Of a stretch of 64,000 nt of DNA, positions 42,935 through 53,122 are shown piece after piece. The first letter of the stretch is position 1. Every line of letters begins with the position of its first letter. The stretch is from contig CBDFLE010000005.1 in the NCBI GenBank assembly GCA_965248925.1, positions 64,001 through 128,000 on the forward strand, read 5' to 3'. The notes beneath the pieces were generated by a model, which ran no database searches, was not told the DNA's origin, and saw nothing but the letters and a program-made list of their open reading frames with translations. Source of the DNA: Candidatus Multivoradales bacterium (GTDB taxonomy: Bacteria > Acidobacteriota > Thermoanaerobaculia > Multivoradales > J023). Position numbers and translations under genes: made by a program.

Positions 42935-44188
42935 ATGGATGCTGCAATTCTCGCGGTGGGCTCCGAATTGCTCGGCCCGATCCGTCTCGACACGAATTCC
43001 CTGCGCTTGACCGCGGTGTTGGAACGCTACGGCGTCGAGTTGCGGCGCAAGGCGGTGGTTGGCGATCAACTCGAGACGCTGGCCGGTGAGCTGCAGCGAC
43101 TGGCGGCAGGCCACGACTTGGTGCTAGTCACCGGCGGCCTGGGGCCGACTGCTGATGACCTCACCCGGCAGGCAGTGGCGCTGGCTTTCGGCCGCCAGCT
43201 GACCGAGGATCCGGCTTTGGTGGAGCATCTAGAACGGCGCTTCGCCAAGTTTGGCCGGCCGATGCCGGCGGTCAACCGGCGCCAAGGCGAACGCATCGAA
43301 GGCGGCCGGCTGATCGATAATTCCTGCGGTTCGGCCCCCGGCTGGCAGCTCGAAACCGAGCGCGCGACAGTGTTTTTGTTTCCCGGCGTGCCGAGCGAGG
43401 CCGAAGCTATGGTCGCCAACGCCCTTGAACCCTGGTTGGCCGAGCGCTCGTCCCCGGATGCCGCCGTCGAGCGTCGCATGGTGAAGATCGCCGGCAGCGT
43501 CGAGTCCGATATCGAGCAGTGTTTGGCGCCCCTCTATGAACGCTTTGGCAGCGATGCGGTGGCGGTGTTGGCCTCTCCTGGCGAGGTTCGGGTCGAGGTG
43601 CGAGCCAGCGGCCCGGCCGCTGCGCGGCGGCGGCAGCTCGATGCGATGGGCGCGGTACTCGAGGAATTGTTGGGTCAGCGGGCGTTCACGCGGCGGCCTG
43701 AGCAAAGCTTGGAAGAGGTAGTTGCCGAGCTGCTGATCGGGGGGCGGCAGACCTTGACCACCGCCGAGTCTTGTTCCGGCGGTTTGGTCGCCGAGCGGCT
43801 CACGAGGGTGGCGGGCAGCAGCGCTTTCTTCCTCGGCGGCGTCGTGGCCTATTCTTACGGGATGAAAACCGCGTTGCTAGGGATCTCGCCCACCTTGATG
43901 GAGCGCTATGGGGCGGTCAGTGAACAGGTCTGCCGGGCGCTGGCCAGCGGCGTTCGGGAGCGCTACGGCAGCGACTTTGGTATCGGCATCACCGGCATCG
44001 CCGGCCCTGGAGGGGCCACCGCGGAAAAGCCGGTTGGCACCGTCCACATCGCCTTGGCGGGACCGGGTTCAGGCGATCTAGAGCACCAGCAGTTGCGCTT
44101 GGCGGGCGATCGCCAGCGAGTGCGCTGGAATACCTCACAAAGTGTTTTGGAGCGGCTTCGTCTTCGCCTTTTGGCGTTGGCGGACTGA
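42935..44188 (+). CDS. cinA: CinA (molybdopterin-binding-like + PncC NMN deamidase)
   Basis: AVGSELL, DTNS, GGLGPTADD, PGVPSE, AESCSGG and GITGIAGP motifs. Confidence 0.93.
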   Translation: MDAAILAVGSELLGPIRLDTNSLRLTAVLERYGVELRRKAVVGDQLETLAGELQRLAAGHDLVLVTGGLGPTADDLTRQAVALAFGRQLTEDPALVEHLERRFAKFGRPMPAVNRRQGERIEGGRLIDNSCGSAPGWQLETERATVFLFPGVPSEAEAMVANALEPWLAERSSPDAAVERRMVKIAGSVESDIEQCLAPLYERFGSDAVAVLASPGEVRVEVRASGPAAARRRQLDAMGAVLEELLGQRAFTRRPEQSLEEVVAELLIGGRQTLTTAESCSGGLVAERLTRVAGSSAFFLGGVVAYSYGMKTALLGISPTLMERYGAVSEQVCRALASGVRERYGSDFGIGITGIAGPGGATAEKPVGTVHIALAGPGSGDLEHQQLRLAGDRQRVRWNTSQSVLERLRLRLLALAD

Positions 44189-44205
44189 GGTCTGGGAGCA
44201 GTGCT

Positions 44206-44838
44206 ATGTGGCAGTGGCCCGCTTTGATCGTCGGCGCCTATTTGCTGGGATCAGTGTCTTGTAGCGTGCTCTTAACCCGCGCCTTGATCGGCCGTGACCT
44301 GCGCCGCTTGGGCAGTGGCAATGCAGGTGCTACCAATGTCTTGCGCACGGTGGGATTGTGGCCAGCTCTGTGGGTGCTGGCGGCCGATATCGGCAAAGGG
44401 GCGCTGGTGGTGGTAGCGAGTCGCTGGCTGGTAGCGCCGGGTTGGGCGATCGGCAGTGCGGCGGTGGCGGTGGTGGTTGGGCATATGTTGCCGATCTACC
44501 ATGGTCTGCGCGGCGGCAAGGGGGTGGCGACAGCCGCCGGAGTAATGTTCATGTTGGCTCCGCTGGCCAGCCTGCTCAGCTTGCTGCTCTTTGTCGTCAT
44601 CACCCTCGGCACGCGCTTCGTGGCGTTGGGTTCGGTGGTTGCAGTCGCTAGTTTTCCGCTTCTGGCCTGGTTGGCCGGACGGTTGGCTTGGAGCGCGGTA
44701 CCGCCGCGGTGGTTGCTGCTCGCGGCATGGGTGATTGGCTTGTTGATCGTGATCAAGCACGTCGAGAATGGGCGGCGAATCTGGCGTGGAACAGAGTGGA
44801 AGCTGGGTGACCCACGGGGTCCGGAGGAGGCGAGATGA
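44206..44838 (+). CDS. plsY: Glycerol-3-phosphate acyltransferase
   Basis: YLLGS, GSGNAGATN, GGKGVAT and KHVEN motifs. Confidence 0.95.
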   Translation: MWQWPALIVGAYLLGSVSCSVLLTRALIGRDLRRLGSGNAGATNVLRTVGLWPALWVLAADIGKGALVVVASRWLVAPGWAIGSAAVAVVVGHMLPIYHGLRGGKGVATAAGVMFMLAPLASLLSLLLFVVITLGTRFVALGSVVAVASFPLLAWLAGRLAWSAVPPRWLLLAAWVIGLLIVIKHVENGRRIWRGTEWKLGDPRGPEEAR

Positions 44839-45848
44839 CGGCTATTGGAGTGCTAGGAGCGGGTTCTTGGGGGACTGCCTTGGCGGTTCACCTGGCGGAT
44901 AGCGGTCGCCAAGTAGTGCAATGGGCGCGGCGATCCGAGTTCGCGGACCAATTGCAACGAGAGCGCTGCAATCGCAACTATCTCGAAGGCATCGACTTTC
45001 CCGACAGCTTGCGAGTGACCCGTGAGTTTGCCGAGCTGGCCGCCTGTGAAGTGGTGCTGGTGGTGGTGCCGTCGCACGGTTTTCGCGAGGTGGTGAAAAA
45101 TTTTCTCAAAGTGGTGCCGCGGCATCAGCAGCCGATCTTGGTATCGGCCACCAAGGGTATCGAGACCGAGAGCTTGGCGCGGATGAGTGAAGTGACTTTC
45201 GAAGAAGCGGTGGCGGCGGATCGTGAGCTGCCTTTCGCGGTCCTGGCGGGCCCAAGTTTCGCTGCCGAGCTGGCCGCCGGCATGCCGACCGTGGCGGTGG
45301 TCGGAAGTCGTGATGGCGAGTTGGGTAGCCGCTTGCGCAGCGAATTGTCGACCTCTACCTTCAGGCTCTACTCGACCACCGATGTGGTCGGGGTCGAGTT
45401 AGGGGGGACGACCAAGAACGTGGTGGCGATCGCTGCCGGCGTAGTCAGCGGCTTGGGCTTGGGGCACAACACCCTGGCGGCACTACTCACCCGTGGATTG
45501 CACGAGATCACCCGCTTGGGGGTGGCTTATGGCGGCCAATCACGCACTCTGTCGGGCTTGGCCGGTATGGGCGACCTGGTGCTGACTTGCACCGGAGGGC
45601 TGTCTCGCAACCGACGCCTGGGGTTAGAATTGGCGGCGGGCAAGACCTTGGAAGAGATTACTGGCTCCTCGCCGATGGTTGCTGAGGGAGTGCGAAATTC
45701 GCTGGCAGTGGCGCGCATGGCCGAGCGTCGTGGAGTGGAGATGCCGATCACTGAACAGATGGTCGAAGTGCTCTACCGCGACAAGTCGCCGCGGCAAGTG
45801 ATCGCCGATCTGATGAGCCGTGATCTGCGATCGGAGGCCGAGTTCTAA
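44835..45848 (+). CDS. gpsA: NAD(P)H-dependent glycerol-3-phosphate dehydrogenase
   Basis: GAGSWGTALA, KGIE, GPSFA and GDLVLTCTG..SRN motifs. Confidence 0.96.
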   Translation: MTAIGVLGAGSWGTALAVHLADSGRQVVQWARRSEFADQLQRERCNRNYLEGIDFPDSLRVTREFAELAACEVVLVVVPSHGFREVVKNFLKVVPRHQQPILVSATKGIETESLARMSEVTFEEAVAADRELPFAVLAGPSFAAELAAGMPTVAVVGSRDGELGSRLRSELSTSTFRLYSTTDVVGVELGGTTKNVVAIAAGVVSGLGLGHNTLAALLTRGLHEITRLGVAYGGQSRTLSGLAGMGDLVLTCTGGLSRNRRLGLELAAGKTLEEITGSSPMVAEGVRNSLAVARMAERRGVEMPITEQMVEVLYRDKSPRQVIADLMSRDLRSEAEF

Positions 45849-45971
45849 CTGGCCTCGGGGGAGGCAGCGAGGGTAGAATCATCCCCTCTCCGGGCCATCC
45901 TGCTCGCCGCGGAGGTCCATCCCGAGATCTCCGGGCCGAAGAACCCTCAAGACCCAGGAACCATCTAGCTC

Positions 45972-47516
45972 ATGGCGCAGCACCAGACCTTTCTGATTCT
46001 AGACTTCGGTAGTCAGTTCACCCAGATTATTGCTCGCCGCCTGCGCGAGGTGGGGGTGTACTGCGAGATTCACCCTCACGATTTGGCCGCGGAGGAGATC
46101 CGGCAGCGCCAGCCGCTAGGCCTGATTTTTTCTGGCGGGCCGCAGAGCGTGCTCGCGGCAGAGGCGCCGCAGGTCGAACAGGAGGTGCTCGAACTCGGCA
46201 TCCCAACCCTGGGCATCTGCTACGGCATGCAGCTGTTGGCCCAACGCCTGGGTGGGCGGGTGGAGCCGGGAAGCGAGCGCGAGTACGGTCGGGCTGAGAT
46301 CGACATCGCTAATCCAGGCAAGCTCCTGGCCGGCCTCGATCGCCGGCAGACGGTGTGGATGAGCCATGGCGATTCGATCCTCGAGCCGCCCTCTGGCTTT
46401 GCCGTCTGCGCGGCTAGCGAGGGGGTGCCGGTGGTGGCTTTCGAGGCGCCGGAGCGGGGTTTTTATGGGCTGCAATTCCATCCCGAAGTTTCCCATACTC
46501 CAGCCGGGTTGCAGATGCTGCGCAACTTCGCTTTTGCCATCTGTGGTGCTAGCGGCGATTGGAGCATGGCCTCGTTTATCGACGAGACGATCGCCGGCAT
46601 TCGTCAGCGGGTTGGTGGCGAGGGACGGGTGCTGTGCGCGGTCTCCGGCGGTGTCGACTCGTCGGTGATGGCATCACTGATGCACCGCGCCATCGGCGGT
46701 CGCTTGACGGCGATGTTCATCGACAACGGGCTGCTGCGCCAAGGCGAGGCAGCGCAAGTGGTGGTCAGTCTCGAAGCGGGGCTGGGGGTGCCGGTGACCA
46801 GTATCGACGCTTCGCGGGAGTTTCTTGCCGCTCTAGCTGGTATCGGCGATCCGGAGGTCAAGCGGCGGATTATCGGTCGCATGTTCATCGAGGTTTTCGA
46901 GCAGCAAGCCGGCGAACTCGAGGACATCGGCTTCTTGGCCCAAGGCACTCTTTATCCGGACGTCATCGAATCCGAGTCGGTCAAGGGACCCTCTTCGGTG
47001 ATTAAGACCCATCACAATGTCGGCGGTCTGCCCGAACGTCTAGGCTTCGAGCTGATCGAGCCTCTCCGGCTGCTGTTCAAGGACGAAGTCCGGCAACTCG
47101 GTCGCGAACTCGGCCTGAGCGAGGAGCTGCTCGGTAGGCACCCTTTCCCGGGACCGGGTTTGGGGGTGCGAATCCTTGGCGAGGTCTCCGCCGCGCGGGT
47201 TGCGGTGCTGCAGAAGGCGGACCATATCTTTATCAGCGAACTGCGGCAGCAGGGCCTCTACGACGGCGTCAGCCAAGCGTTGGCGGTGCTGCTGCCGGTG
47301 CGCTCGGTGGGGGTGATGGGCGATGAACGCACCTACGAGAACGTGGTGGCCTTGCGCTCGGTGGATACTGACGATTTCATGACCGCCGACTGGAGCCCGT
47401 TGCCGCATGAGTTCCTTGGCCGAGTGGCGAATCGCATCGTCAATGAGGTGCCGGGCATCAATCGCGTAGTCTACGATATTACTTCTAAGCCTCCTGGCAC
47501 GATCGAGTGGGAGTAA
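45972..47516 (+). CDS. guaA: GMP synthase (glutamine-hydrolysing)
   Basis: LDFGSQ, GICYGMQ, QFHPEV, SGGVDS, KTHHNVGG and KPPGTIEWE motifs. Confidence 0.98.
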   Translation: MAQHQTFLILDFGSQFTQIIARRLREVGVYCEIHPHDLAAEEIRQRQPLGLIFSGGPQSVLAAEAPQVEQEVLELGIPTLGICYGMQLLAQRLGGRVEPGSEREYGRAEIDIANPGKLLAGLDRRQTVWMSHGDSILEPPSGFAVCAASEGVPVVAFEAPERGFYGLQFHPEVSHTPAGLQMLRNFAFAICGASGDWSMASFIDETIAGIRQRVGGEGRVLCAVSGGVDSSVMASLMHRAIGGRLTAMFIDNGLLRQGEAAQVVVSLEAGLGVPVTSIDASREFLAALAGIGDPEVKRRIIGRMFIEVFEQQAGELEDIGFLAQGTLYPDVIESESVKGPSSVIKTHHNVGGLPERLGFELIEPLRLLFKDEVRQLGRELGLSEELLGRHPFPGPGLGVRILGEVSAARVAVLQKADHIFISELRQQGLYDGVSQALAVLLPVRSVGVMGDERTYENVVALRSVDTDDFMTADWSPLPHEFLGRVANRIVNEVPGINRVVYDITSKPPGTIEWE

Positions 47517-47529
47517 GGAGCTTGCCGCG

Positions 47530-48327
47530 ATGATTTCCGAGCTGTTTAGTATTGGCCCACTGTCGATCAGTCCGTTTGGACCGATGTTGGTGCTAGCTTT
47601 CTTCGCCGCCTTTTGGCAATTGCGGCGCAACCTGCTGACCTACGGCATCGGCGACGATGAAGACGCCAGCGCGATTCTCTTCGCCGCTGGCCTGTGCGGG
47701 ATTTTAGGCGGCAAGATCTACTACGCGGCGCTCAACGGCGATCCGGCCTTGCTGCTCGACCGCGCGGGGATCGTCTGGTACGGCGGCTTCTTTGGCGGTT
47801 TGGTGGCGGCTTTGTGGGTCATCCGCCGCCGACGTTTGCCGGTCATGGCCACCGTCGACTGCGCTTTGCCTGCCCTGGCCCTGGGCTACGGCGTCGGCAG
47901 GATCGGTTGCTTCTTAGTTGGAGACGACTATGGCAAGCCCACCGATCTACCGTGGGGGATGGTGTTCAAGGAGGGCATTCCGCGTACCAATGGCTTTCAG
48001 CTGCGCTCGGTTTTCGGCCTCGACTTGCCGCCCGAGATTGGCGCCGACGATTGGGTGGCGGTGCACCCGACCCAACTCTATGAAACGCTGATCGCAGTCG
48101 GTATCTGGTTGCTGCTGATCAAATTGCTGGCTCGCCGACCGGCGGTGGGCATGGTGACTTTCTGCGGTATCGCTCTGCTTGCTTTGGAGCGTTTCGGGGT
48201 TGAGTTCTTGCGCGCCAAAGACGATCGCTTCTTCGGCAGCCTGACCTTGGCTCAGGTGATCAGCTTGACCCTGATAGCGGTGGTGCTGTGGCCGATTTGG
48301 CGCCGCTACCGCGGTGTCGTGGAGTAA
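47530..48327 (+). CDS. lgt: Prolipoprotein diacylglyceryl transferase
   Basis: WYGG, GRIGCF..GDDYG, HPTQLYE and RF.VEFLR motifs. Confidence 0.92.
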   Translation: MISELFSIGPLSISPFGPMLVLAFFAAFWQLRRNLLTYGIGDDEDASAILFAAGLCGILGGKIYYAALNGDPALLLDRAGIVWYGGFFGGLVAALWVIRRRRLPVMATVDCALPALALGYGVGRIGCFLVGDDYGKPTDLPWGMVFKEGIPRTNGFQLRSVFGLDLPPEIGADDWVAVHPTQLYETLIAVGIWLLLIKLLARRPAVGMVTFCGIALLALERFGVEFLRAKDDRFFGSLTLAQVISLTLIAVVLWPIWRRYRGVVE

Positions 48328-48333
48328 GGGCGG

Positions 48334-49167
48334 GTGGTAGCGGTCCGCAGACCGCCGCGAGTGCTGAGCATCGCCGGCTCGGATTCTAGCGGTGGCGCCG
48401 GCATTCAGGCCGACCTCAAGACCTTCGCCGCCCACGGGGTCTACGGCGCCACGGTGGTCACCGCGGTGACGGCGCAGCACACTCGTGGTGTCGACGCGGT
48501 GCATGTGCTGCCCGTCGAGTTGGTAGTGGCACAGTTCGATGCGGTGGTCTCTGACATTGGTTTTGAGGCAGTCAAGATCGGCATGTTGGCCAGCGTCGAG
48601 TTGGTGCGGGCGGTTGCCGCCGCCATCACTCGCCACCGCTTGCCCAACGTGGTGCTCGATCCAGTAATGGTGGCGACCAGCGGCGACCGACTACTGACCC
48701 AGGATGCCGAGCAGGCGCTGCGAGATGAGCTGCTGCCAGTGGCCGATCTGGTGACTCCCAACTTGCCAGAGGCCGCCCGGCTCAGTGGTTTGTCGGTAGA
48801 CGAGGAGGCGCAGTGTTTGGCCGCCGCGCGGGTGATCGCTCAGGCAGGTCCCGCGGTGCTACTCAAGGGTGGCCACGGGAGGGGGTCGGTGGTACGAGAT
48901 TTGTTGCTGGTCGAGAATCAAGAGTTGCATTTCGAGCATCCGCGGTTGCCAAGCCGCTCCACCCACGGCACCGGCTGCACTCTGTCGGCGGCGATCGCCG
49001 CGCGCCTGGCGGCGGGTCAGGGGATGGATCGGGCGGTCGCAGGAGCTCTCGACTACCTGCATGGCGCCATCGCCGCTGCTTACCCGATTGGCAAGGGGCG
49101 TGGGCCGGTGCATCATCTGCATGCCGGTTCTCCCATTTTTTCCCTAGAGATAGATAACCATGAGTGA
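48334..49167 (+). CDS. thiD: Hydroxymethylpyrimidine/phosphomethylpyrimidine kinase
   Basis: IAGSDSSGGAGIQADLK, DPVM, TPN..EA and HGTGCT motifs. Confidence 0.95.
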   Translation: MVAVRRPPRVLSIAGSDSSGGAGIQADLKTFAAHGVYGATVVTAVTAQHTRGVDAVHVLPVELVVAQFDAVVSDIGFEAVKIGMLASVELVRAVAAAITRHRLPNVVLDPVMVATSGDRLLTQDAEQALRDELLPVADLVTPNLPEAARLSGLSVDEEAQCLAAARVIAQAGPAVLLKGGHGRGSVVRDLLLVENQELHFEHPRLPSRSTHGTGCTLSAAIAARLAAGQGMDRAVAGALDYLHGAIAAAYPIGKGRGPVHHLHAGSPIFSLEIDNHE

Positions 49168-50179
49168 GCCTGAACTAGATCTGCTAGTCATCGGTGCCGG
49201 CCCCACCGGTATCTCAATCGGCGCGGCGGCCCGCGCCGCCGGTTTCGAGGTGCTGCTGGTCGAACGCGGTCCGCTGTGCGGGGCAATGGTCGACTTTCCC
49301 ACTGACATGCGATTTTTCACCACGCGCGATCTATTGGAGATCGCTGGTGTGCCGTTCTCTATCCCAGATGAGAAGCCCAACCGGCGCCAAGCTCTGACCT
49401 ACTACCAAGGGGTAGTGCGCAGTCACGGTCTGTCTCTGGCGCTGTTCGAGGAGGTCGCGGATTGCCGCCGTCAAGACGGGGCCTTCACCGTCACCAGCCG
49501 AGGGGTCGATGGTCAACGGCAAAGGCGGGCTTGGGCGGTGGTGGTAGCGACCGGCTACTTCGGCCACCCGCGGCGGCTTGGGGTCGAGGGAGAAAATCAG
49601 GCCTGGGTGAGCCAGCGCTACCGCGAGCCCTACCCTCACTTTGCGCAGCGGGTGGCGGTGATCGGCGGCGGCAATTCGGCCTGTGAGACCGCTCTCGACC
49701 TGTGGCGCAACGGCGCTCGGGTCACTTTGATTCACCGCCGTCAAGTGGTCAAGCCGTCGATCAAATACTGGCTGCGACCGGATATCGAGAACCGGATCGA
49801 GGAGGGCTCTATCGACGGCTTGTTCGAGACTCGGGTCGAGACCTTCGCCGACCATCGACTAGAGCTGTGTCATGCAGGCGGGCGGCGTAGTTCCTTGGCG
49901 GTGGATGCGGCCTATGTGTTGATTGGCTATTTGCCGGATGTCGAGTTGCAGCGCCGCTTTGGCATCGAGATCGATCCCGAGTCCCTGGTGCCGACGGTCG
50001 ATCCGCGGACCTGCCAATCGAACATACCGGGTCTCTACATCGCCGGTACGTTGCAGGCGGGCCGCGACACCGGCAAGATCTTCATCGAGAATTCCCGCGA
50101 CCATGGCGCCCGCATCGTCGCCCACTTGATCGCTCAGCGCGCCAAGGGAGCTGGGGTTGCCGTTCCGCGTACCGTATAA
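49160..50179 (+). CDS. YpdA-family FAD/NADPH oxidoreductase (putative bacillithiol disulfide reductase)
   Basis: GAGPTG, F.T..LLEI, IKYWLRPDIENRI and IFIENSR.H motifs. Confidence 0.85.
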   Translation: MSEPELDLLVIGAGPTGISIGAAARAAGFEVLLVERGPLCGAMVDFPTDMRFFTTRDLLEIAGVPFSIPDEKPNRRQALTYYQGVVRSHGLSLALFEEVADCRRQDGAFTVTSRGVDGQRQRRAWAVVVATGYFGHPRRLGVEGENQAWVSQRYREPYPHFAQRVAVIGGGNSACETALDLWRNGARVTLIHRRQVVKPSIKYWLRPDIENRIEEGSIDGLFETRVETFADHRLELCHAGGRRSSLAVDAAYVLIGYLPDVELQRRFGIEIDPESLVPTVDPRTCQSNIPGLYIAGTLQAGRDTGKIFIENSRDHGARIVAHLIAQRAKGAGVAVPRTV

Positions 50180-50227
50180 TCTTCTGCCAAGTCCGGCGTA
50201 GCTAGCGACGTTGGACCGCAAGCGGAG

Positions 50228-51952
50228 ATGTTGATGAGAAGACTGTTGTTGCTGTTGCTGCTCGCTGCCCTGGTGGTTCCCCTGCAGGTAGTGGCCAAGA
50301 GCCCCGAGACCGAGGCCGTGGTCCCTGCCGCCGACTCGGCGGACGATGAGCTGGATATCTATCTTGAGTCGATCGATGTCAACGTGGTCAACGTCGAAGT
50401 CCATGTGACCGACAAGAAGGGCAAGCCGATCACCGGTTTGACCCGTGACGACTTCGAGCTGTTCGAAGACAAGCGGCCGGTGAGGATTACCAACTTCTTT
50501 GCCGTCGAGAATGGCGAAGCCAAGGGCGAGGATGCCCCCAAGGTCGAGACCGGTACCCAGACTCTAGGGCGCACCCGGCTGGATCAAGTGGCAGTGCCAG
50601 AGAGCCAGCAGCTGCACCTGATTGTCTATGTCGACAATTTTAATCTGCGGCCCTTCAACCGCAATCGGGCTTTCCGCGGCATCCGGGTCTTCCTGCGCGA
50701 AAACCTACAGCCGGAAGATCGCGTGATGCTGGTCACCTATGATCGCTCGCTCAAGGAGCGCCACCCTTTTACCACCGACAAGACACTGATCAGCTCGGTC
50801 TTGTTCGAACTCGAAAAGGTCACTGCTCACGGCTTGAGCGCCGACTCCGATCGCCGCGACATCCTCGACGCGATCTACGAGGAGCGCGAGAACCAAGACA
50901 GCTCGCGGGTGCGGGGGCGGGTGATCCAATACGCCCAATCGCTAGAAAACGATTTGCGCTTCAGTATCGACTCCCTCAAGCAGATGGTCGACACGCTGGC
51001 CGGGTTGCCAGGGCGAAAGGCGCTGCTCTACGTCAGCGACGGCCTACCGATGCGGGCCGGCGAGGACGCTTTCCACGCCATGAGCGACAAATATCAGGAG
51101 TCCAGCATCCTGATGGAGACCTTCCGTTTCGACTCCACCCGCTCGTTCCAAGAGATCACCGCTAAGGCCAACACCAACGGCGTCGTCTTCTATACCCTGG
51201 AGGCCGCCGGGCTGCGGACCTACTCCTACCTCGATGCCTCCAACGCCAACCTCAATGGTGGCGCCCAGATCGATCAAATCCACTTCTCCAACCTGCAGGC
51301 GCCCTTGTTTCTACTGGCGCAAGAGACTGGCGGCTTCGCCATCACCAACACCAACAACTTCGTGCCCATGCTGGCGCGGGTGGGTGCAGACTTCGACAAC
51401 TACTACTCGCTGGGGTACGAATCCGGCGACGCCGGCCTGGGGCGCTACCATCGTTTCAAGGTCAAGTTGAAAGGCGGGCACAAGGGGCTGCGGATCCGTT
51501 ACCGGGATGGCTACCGCGACAAGCCTGTAGAGGTGCGCATGGCCGACAGCACCATGGCGGCGCTGCATTTTGGCTATCAGCGTAATCTCCACGATGTGGT
51601 GCTCGAGTTCGGTTCCGGCACCCGGCGCAAAGACGGGCTCTTTCTGGTCTCCCTGAAGGTCCGCTTTCCTCTTGCCAAGTTGAGCTTCCTACCGACCTCG
51701 GACCAGCAGCACAGCCGGGTTCGGCTGTTCGTCGCCGCCAAAGACACCGACGGCGGCACGGCCGAGGTTTCCGAGGTGCCGGTACCCATCTCTATTCCCG
51801 CCATGGAATTCGAGTCGGCCCAGAGCAAGCACTATCAATACGAGATGACGCTGCTGATGAAGCGAGGCTCACAGGTGGTGGCGGTGGGTCTGCGGGATGA
51901 ACTTTCGTCCAGCACTTCGTTCGTCGCTCGCGGCGTGACGGTGGGTCAGTGA
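50228..51952 (+). CDS. Exported VWA-domain protein (acidobacterial type)
   Basis: Signal peptide, VVNVEVHVTDKKG.PITGL..DF, GRKALLYVSDG, LAQETGG and YSLGY motifs. Confidence 0.85.
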   Translation: MLMRRLLLLLLLAALVVPLQVVAKSPETEAVVPAADSADDELDIYLESIDVNVVNVEVHVTDKKGKPITGLTRDDFELFEDKRPVRITNFFAVENGEAKGEDAPKVETGTQTLGRTRLDQVAVPESQQLHLIVYVDNFNLRPFNRNRAFRGIRVFLRENLQPEDRVMLVTYDRSLKERHPFTTDKTLISSVLFELEKVTAHGLSADSDRRDILDAIYEERENQDSSRVRGRVIQYAQSLENDLRFSIDSLKQMVDTLAGLPGRKALLYVSDGLPMRAGEDAFHAMSDKYQESSILMETFRFDSTRSFQEITAKANTNGVVFYTLEAAGLRTYSYLDASNANLNGGAQIDQIHFSNLQAPLFLLAQETGGFAITNTNNFVPMLARVGADFDNYYSLGYESGDAGLGRYHRFKVKLKGGHKGLRIRYRDGYRDKPVEVRMADSTMAALHFGYQRNLHDVVLEFGSGTRRKDGLFLVSLKVRFPLAKLSFLPTSDQQHSRVRLFVAAKDTDGGTAEVSEVPVPISIPAMEFESAQSKHYQYEMTLLMKRGSQVVAVGLRDELSSSTSFVARGVTVGQ

Positions 51953-52425
51953 TGGGACACGGTCGATCCAGCTGGTCGGATTCCCTGACGAAGGTGGCGC
52001 GCTCTTTGGTCGCAGTGGTGCGTTCCGAGCTAGCTTTGCTCGGTGACGAGTGGAAGAGCAGTCTGAGTCAGGCGGGCAAAGCGGTGGGCTTACTGCTGGC
52101 TGCGGCGGCGACCGTTCTGCTGACCCTGCCACCCCTGCTAGCGGTGGCCTTGTTGCACGCTCTCACCCGCTGGCTGCCGTTGTGGGGGGCGGCGTTGGTG
52201 ACCGCGGGGGTGATCTTGCTGTTGGCGGCGGTGCCGGCGCTGGTCGGCTACTGGTGGCTCAAGCGCTGGCAGACGCCGGTGCAGAAAACCAAGCTGCGGA
52301 TCGGTCAGCACCTCGATTGGTGGCAGGGTCAAGTGATGGAAGGATCGGCGACTTTGACCGGTGGCAACATGGAAGGAAAGGGTGAAGATGATGCCTCAGA
52401 GCAAGCAAGCTCGACTGCTGAGTAG
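51949..52425 (+). CDS. Phage-holin-like (YqjE-type) membrane protein
   Basis: VRSELAL..E, two TM segments, WGAALV and P..T. Confidence 0.65.
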   Translation: MMGHGRSSWSDSLTKVARSLVAVVRSELALLGDEWKSSLSQAGKAVGLLLAAAATVLLTLPPLLAVALLHALTRWLPLWGAALVTAGVILLLAAVPALVGYWWLKRWQTPVQKTKLRIGQHLDWWQGQVMEGSATLTGGNMEGKGEDDASEQASSTAE

Positions 52426-52597
52426 TCGGCAGCACTTCGAAGAAGCCCTGGCTGACTTGCAGCAGTCGATGCAGCGAGAGTTGGGCTGGGCGCCGCGAAC
52501 TCGCGCCTGGGTGCTACCAATTCTGGGAGTTAGCTGCGGATTGGCCTTGGCGGGGTTGTTGCGGCGCAAGAAGCGCCGCCAGAAATCCGCCGGTTAG
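52388..52597 (+). CDS. Small membrane-anchored protein
   Basis: Coiled N-terminus, C-terminal TM segment and basic tail. Overlaps the holin-like gene. Confidence 0.5.
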   Translation: MMPQSKQARLLSSRQHFEEALADLQQSMQRELGWAPRTRAWVLPILGVSCGLALAGLLRRKKRRQKSAG

Positions 52598-52604
52598 AGG
52601 GCCG

Positions 52605-52793
52605 CTAGTCGGCCATCTGGCGCTTGAAAACCATAGCGATGTTGTCCGTGGCACCGGACTTGAAATTTACCGAGGTCAATCCGACCAACTCCCATCCGTC
52701 TTTGCCGAGGGTGTTGAGTTCGCTAACGTAATTCGGATCGAGGCGGTAATTCTCGCTGCGAATATTGATGATCGTATATTCCCAACGAATCAT
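52605..52793 (-). CDS. DUF4177 small protein
   Basis: WEY, LN.LG.DGWELV and FKR motifs. RBS GGAGG. Confidence 0.85.
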   Translation of the reverse strand: MIRWEYTIINIRSENYRLDPNYVSELNTLGKDGWELVGLTSVNFKSGATDNIAMVFKRQMAD

Positions 52794-53122
52794 GTTTGTC
52801 TCCTCCGCGTGGTGCTGTGGTCAAGAGGCGTGTGGTGGTCAAAAATGGTGTTGCCGCCCGTTGGCGAATGTGGGTATTGGCAGTCAAAAATCCCCGCCTA
52901 GGCCCCATCTTGCGGCTTCCTGGCTGGGCACGCCGGCCGCCAAGCTAGCTCGGTCCCAAGTTGGGAGCACGAGATGGCCACAGACGATGTGTCTAAGCTA
53001 TCACCTACGAGGCGGCCGAGCGAAGGTTCGAACGGCCGACGGTTCTTGCCAGTGACGGCGGCAATAGTCGCTCTAGACACCGGCTGGTGACTCTGATGAG
53101 CCCTAAGAATTCCCCACTAGCT

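Noticed and set aside
45849-45971. Possible purine riboswitch upstream of guaA
   Set aside because: No purine riboswitch core recognised; only a TAGAAT -10-like hexamer and a short TCTCCGGGCC repeat.
51949-52425. Holin-like gene as evidence of a prophage
   Set aside because: It is a YqjE-type family member common in chromosomes, with no phage genes nearby.
52805-52850. Short GTGGTCAA repeats upstream of the DUF4177 gene
   Set aside because: Only two short degenerate copies; not distinguishable from chance and not CRISPR-like.
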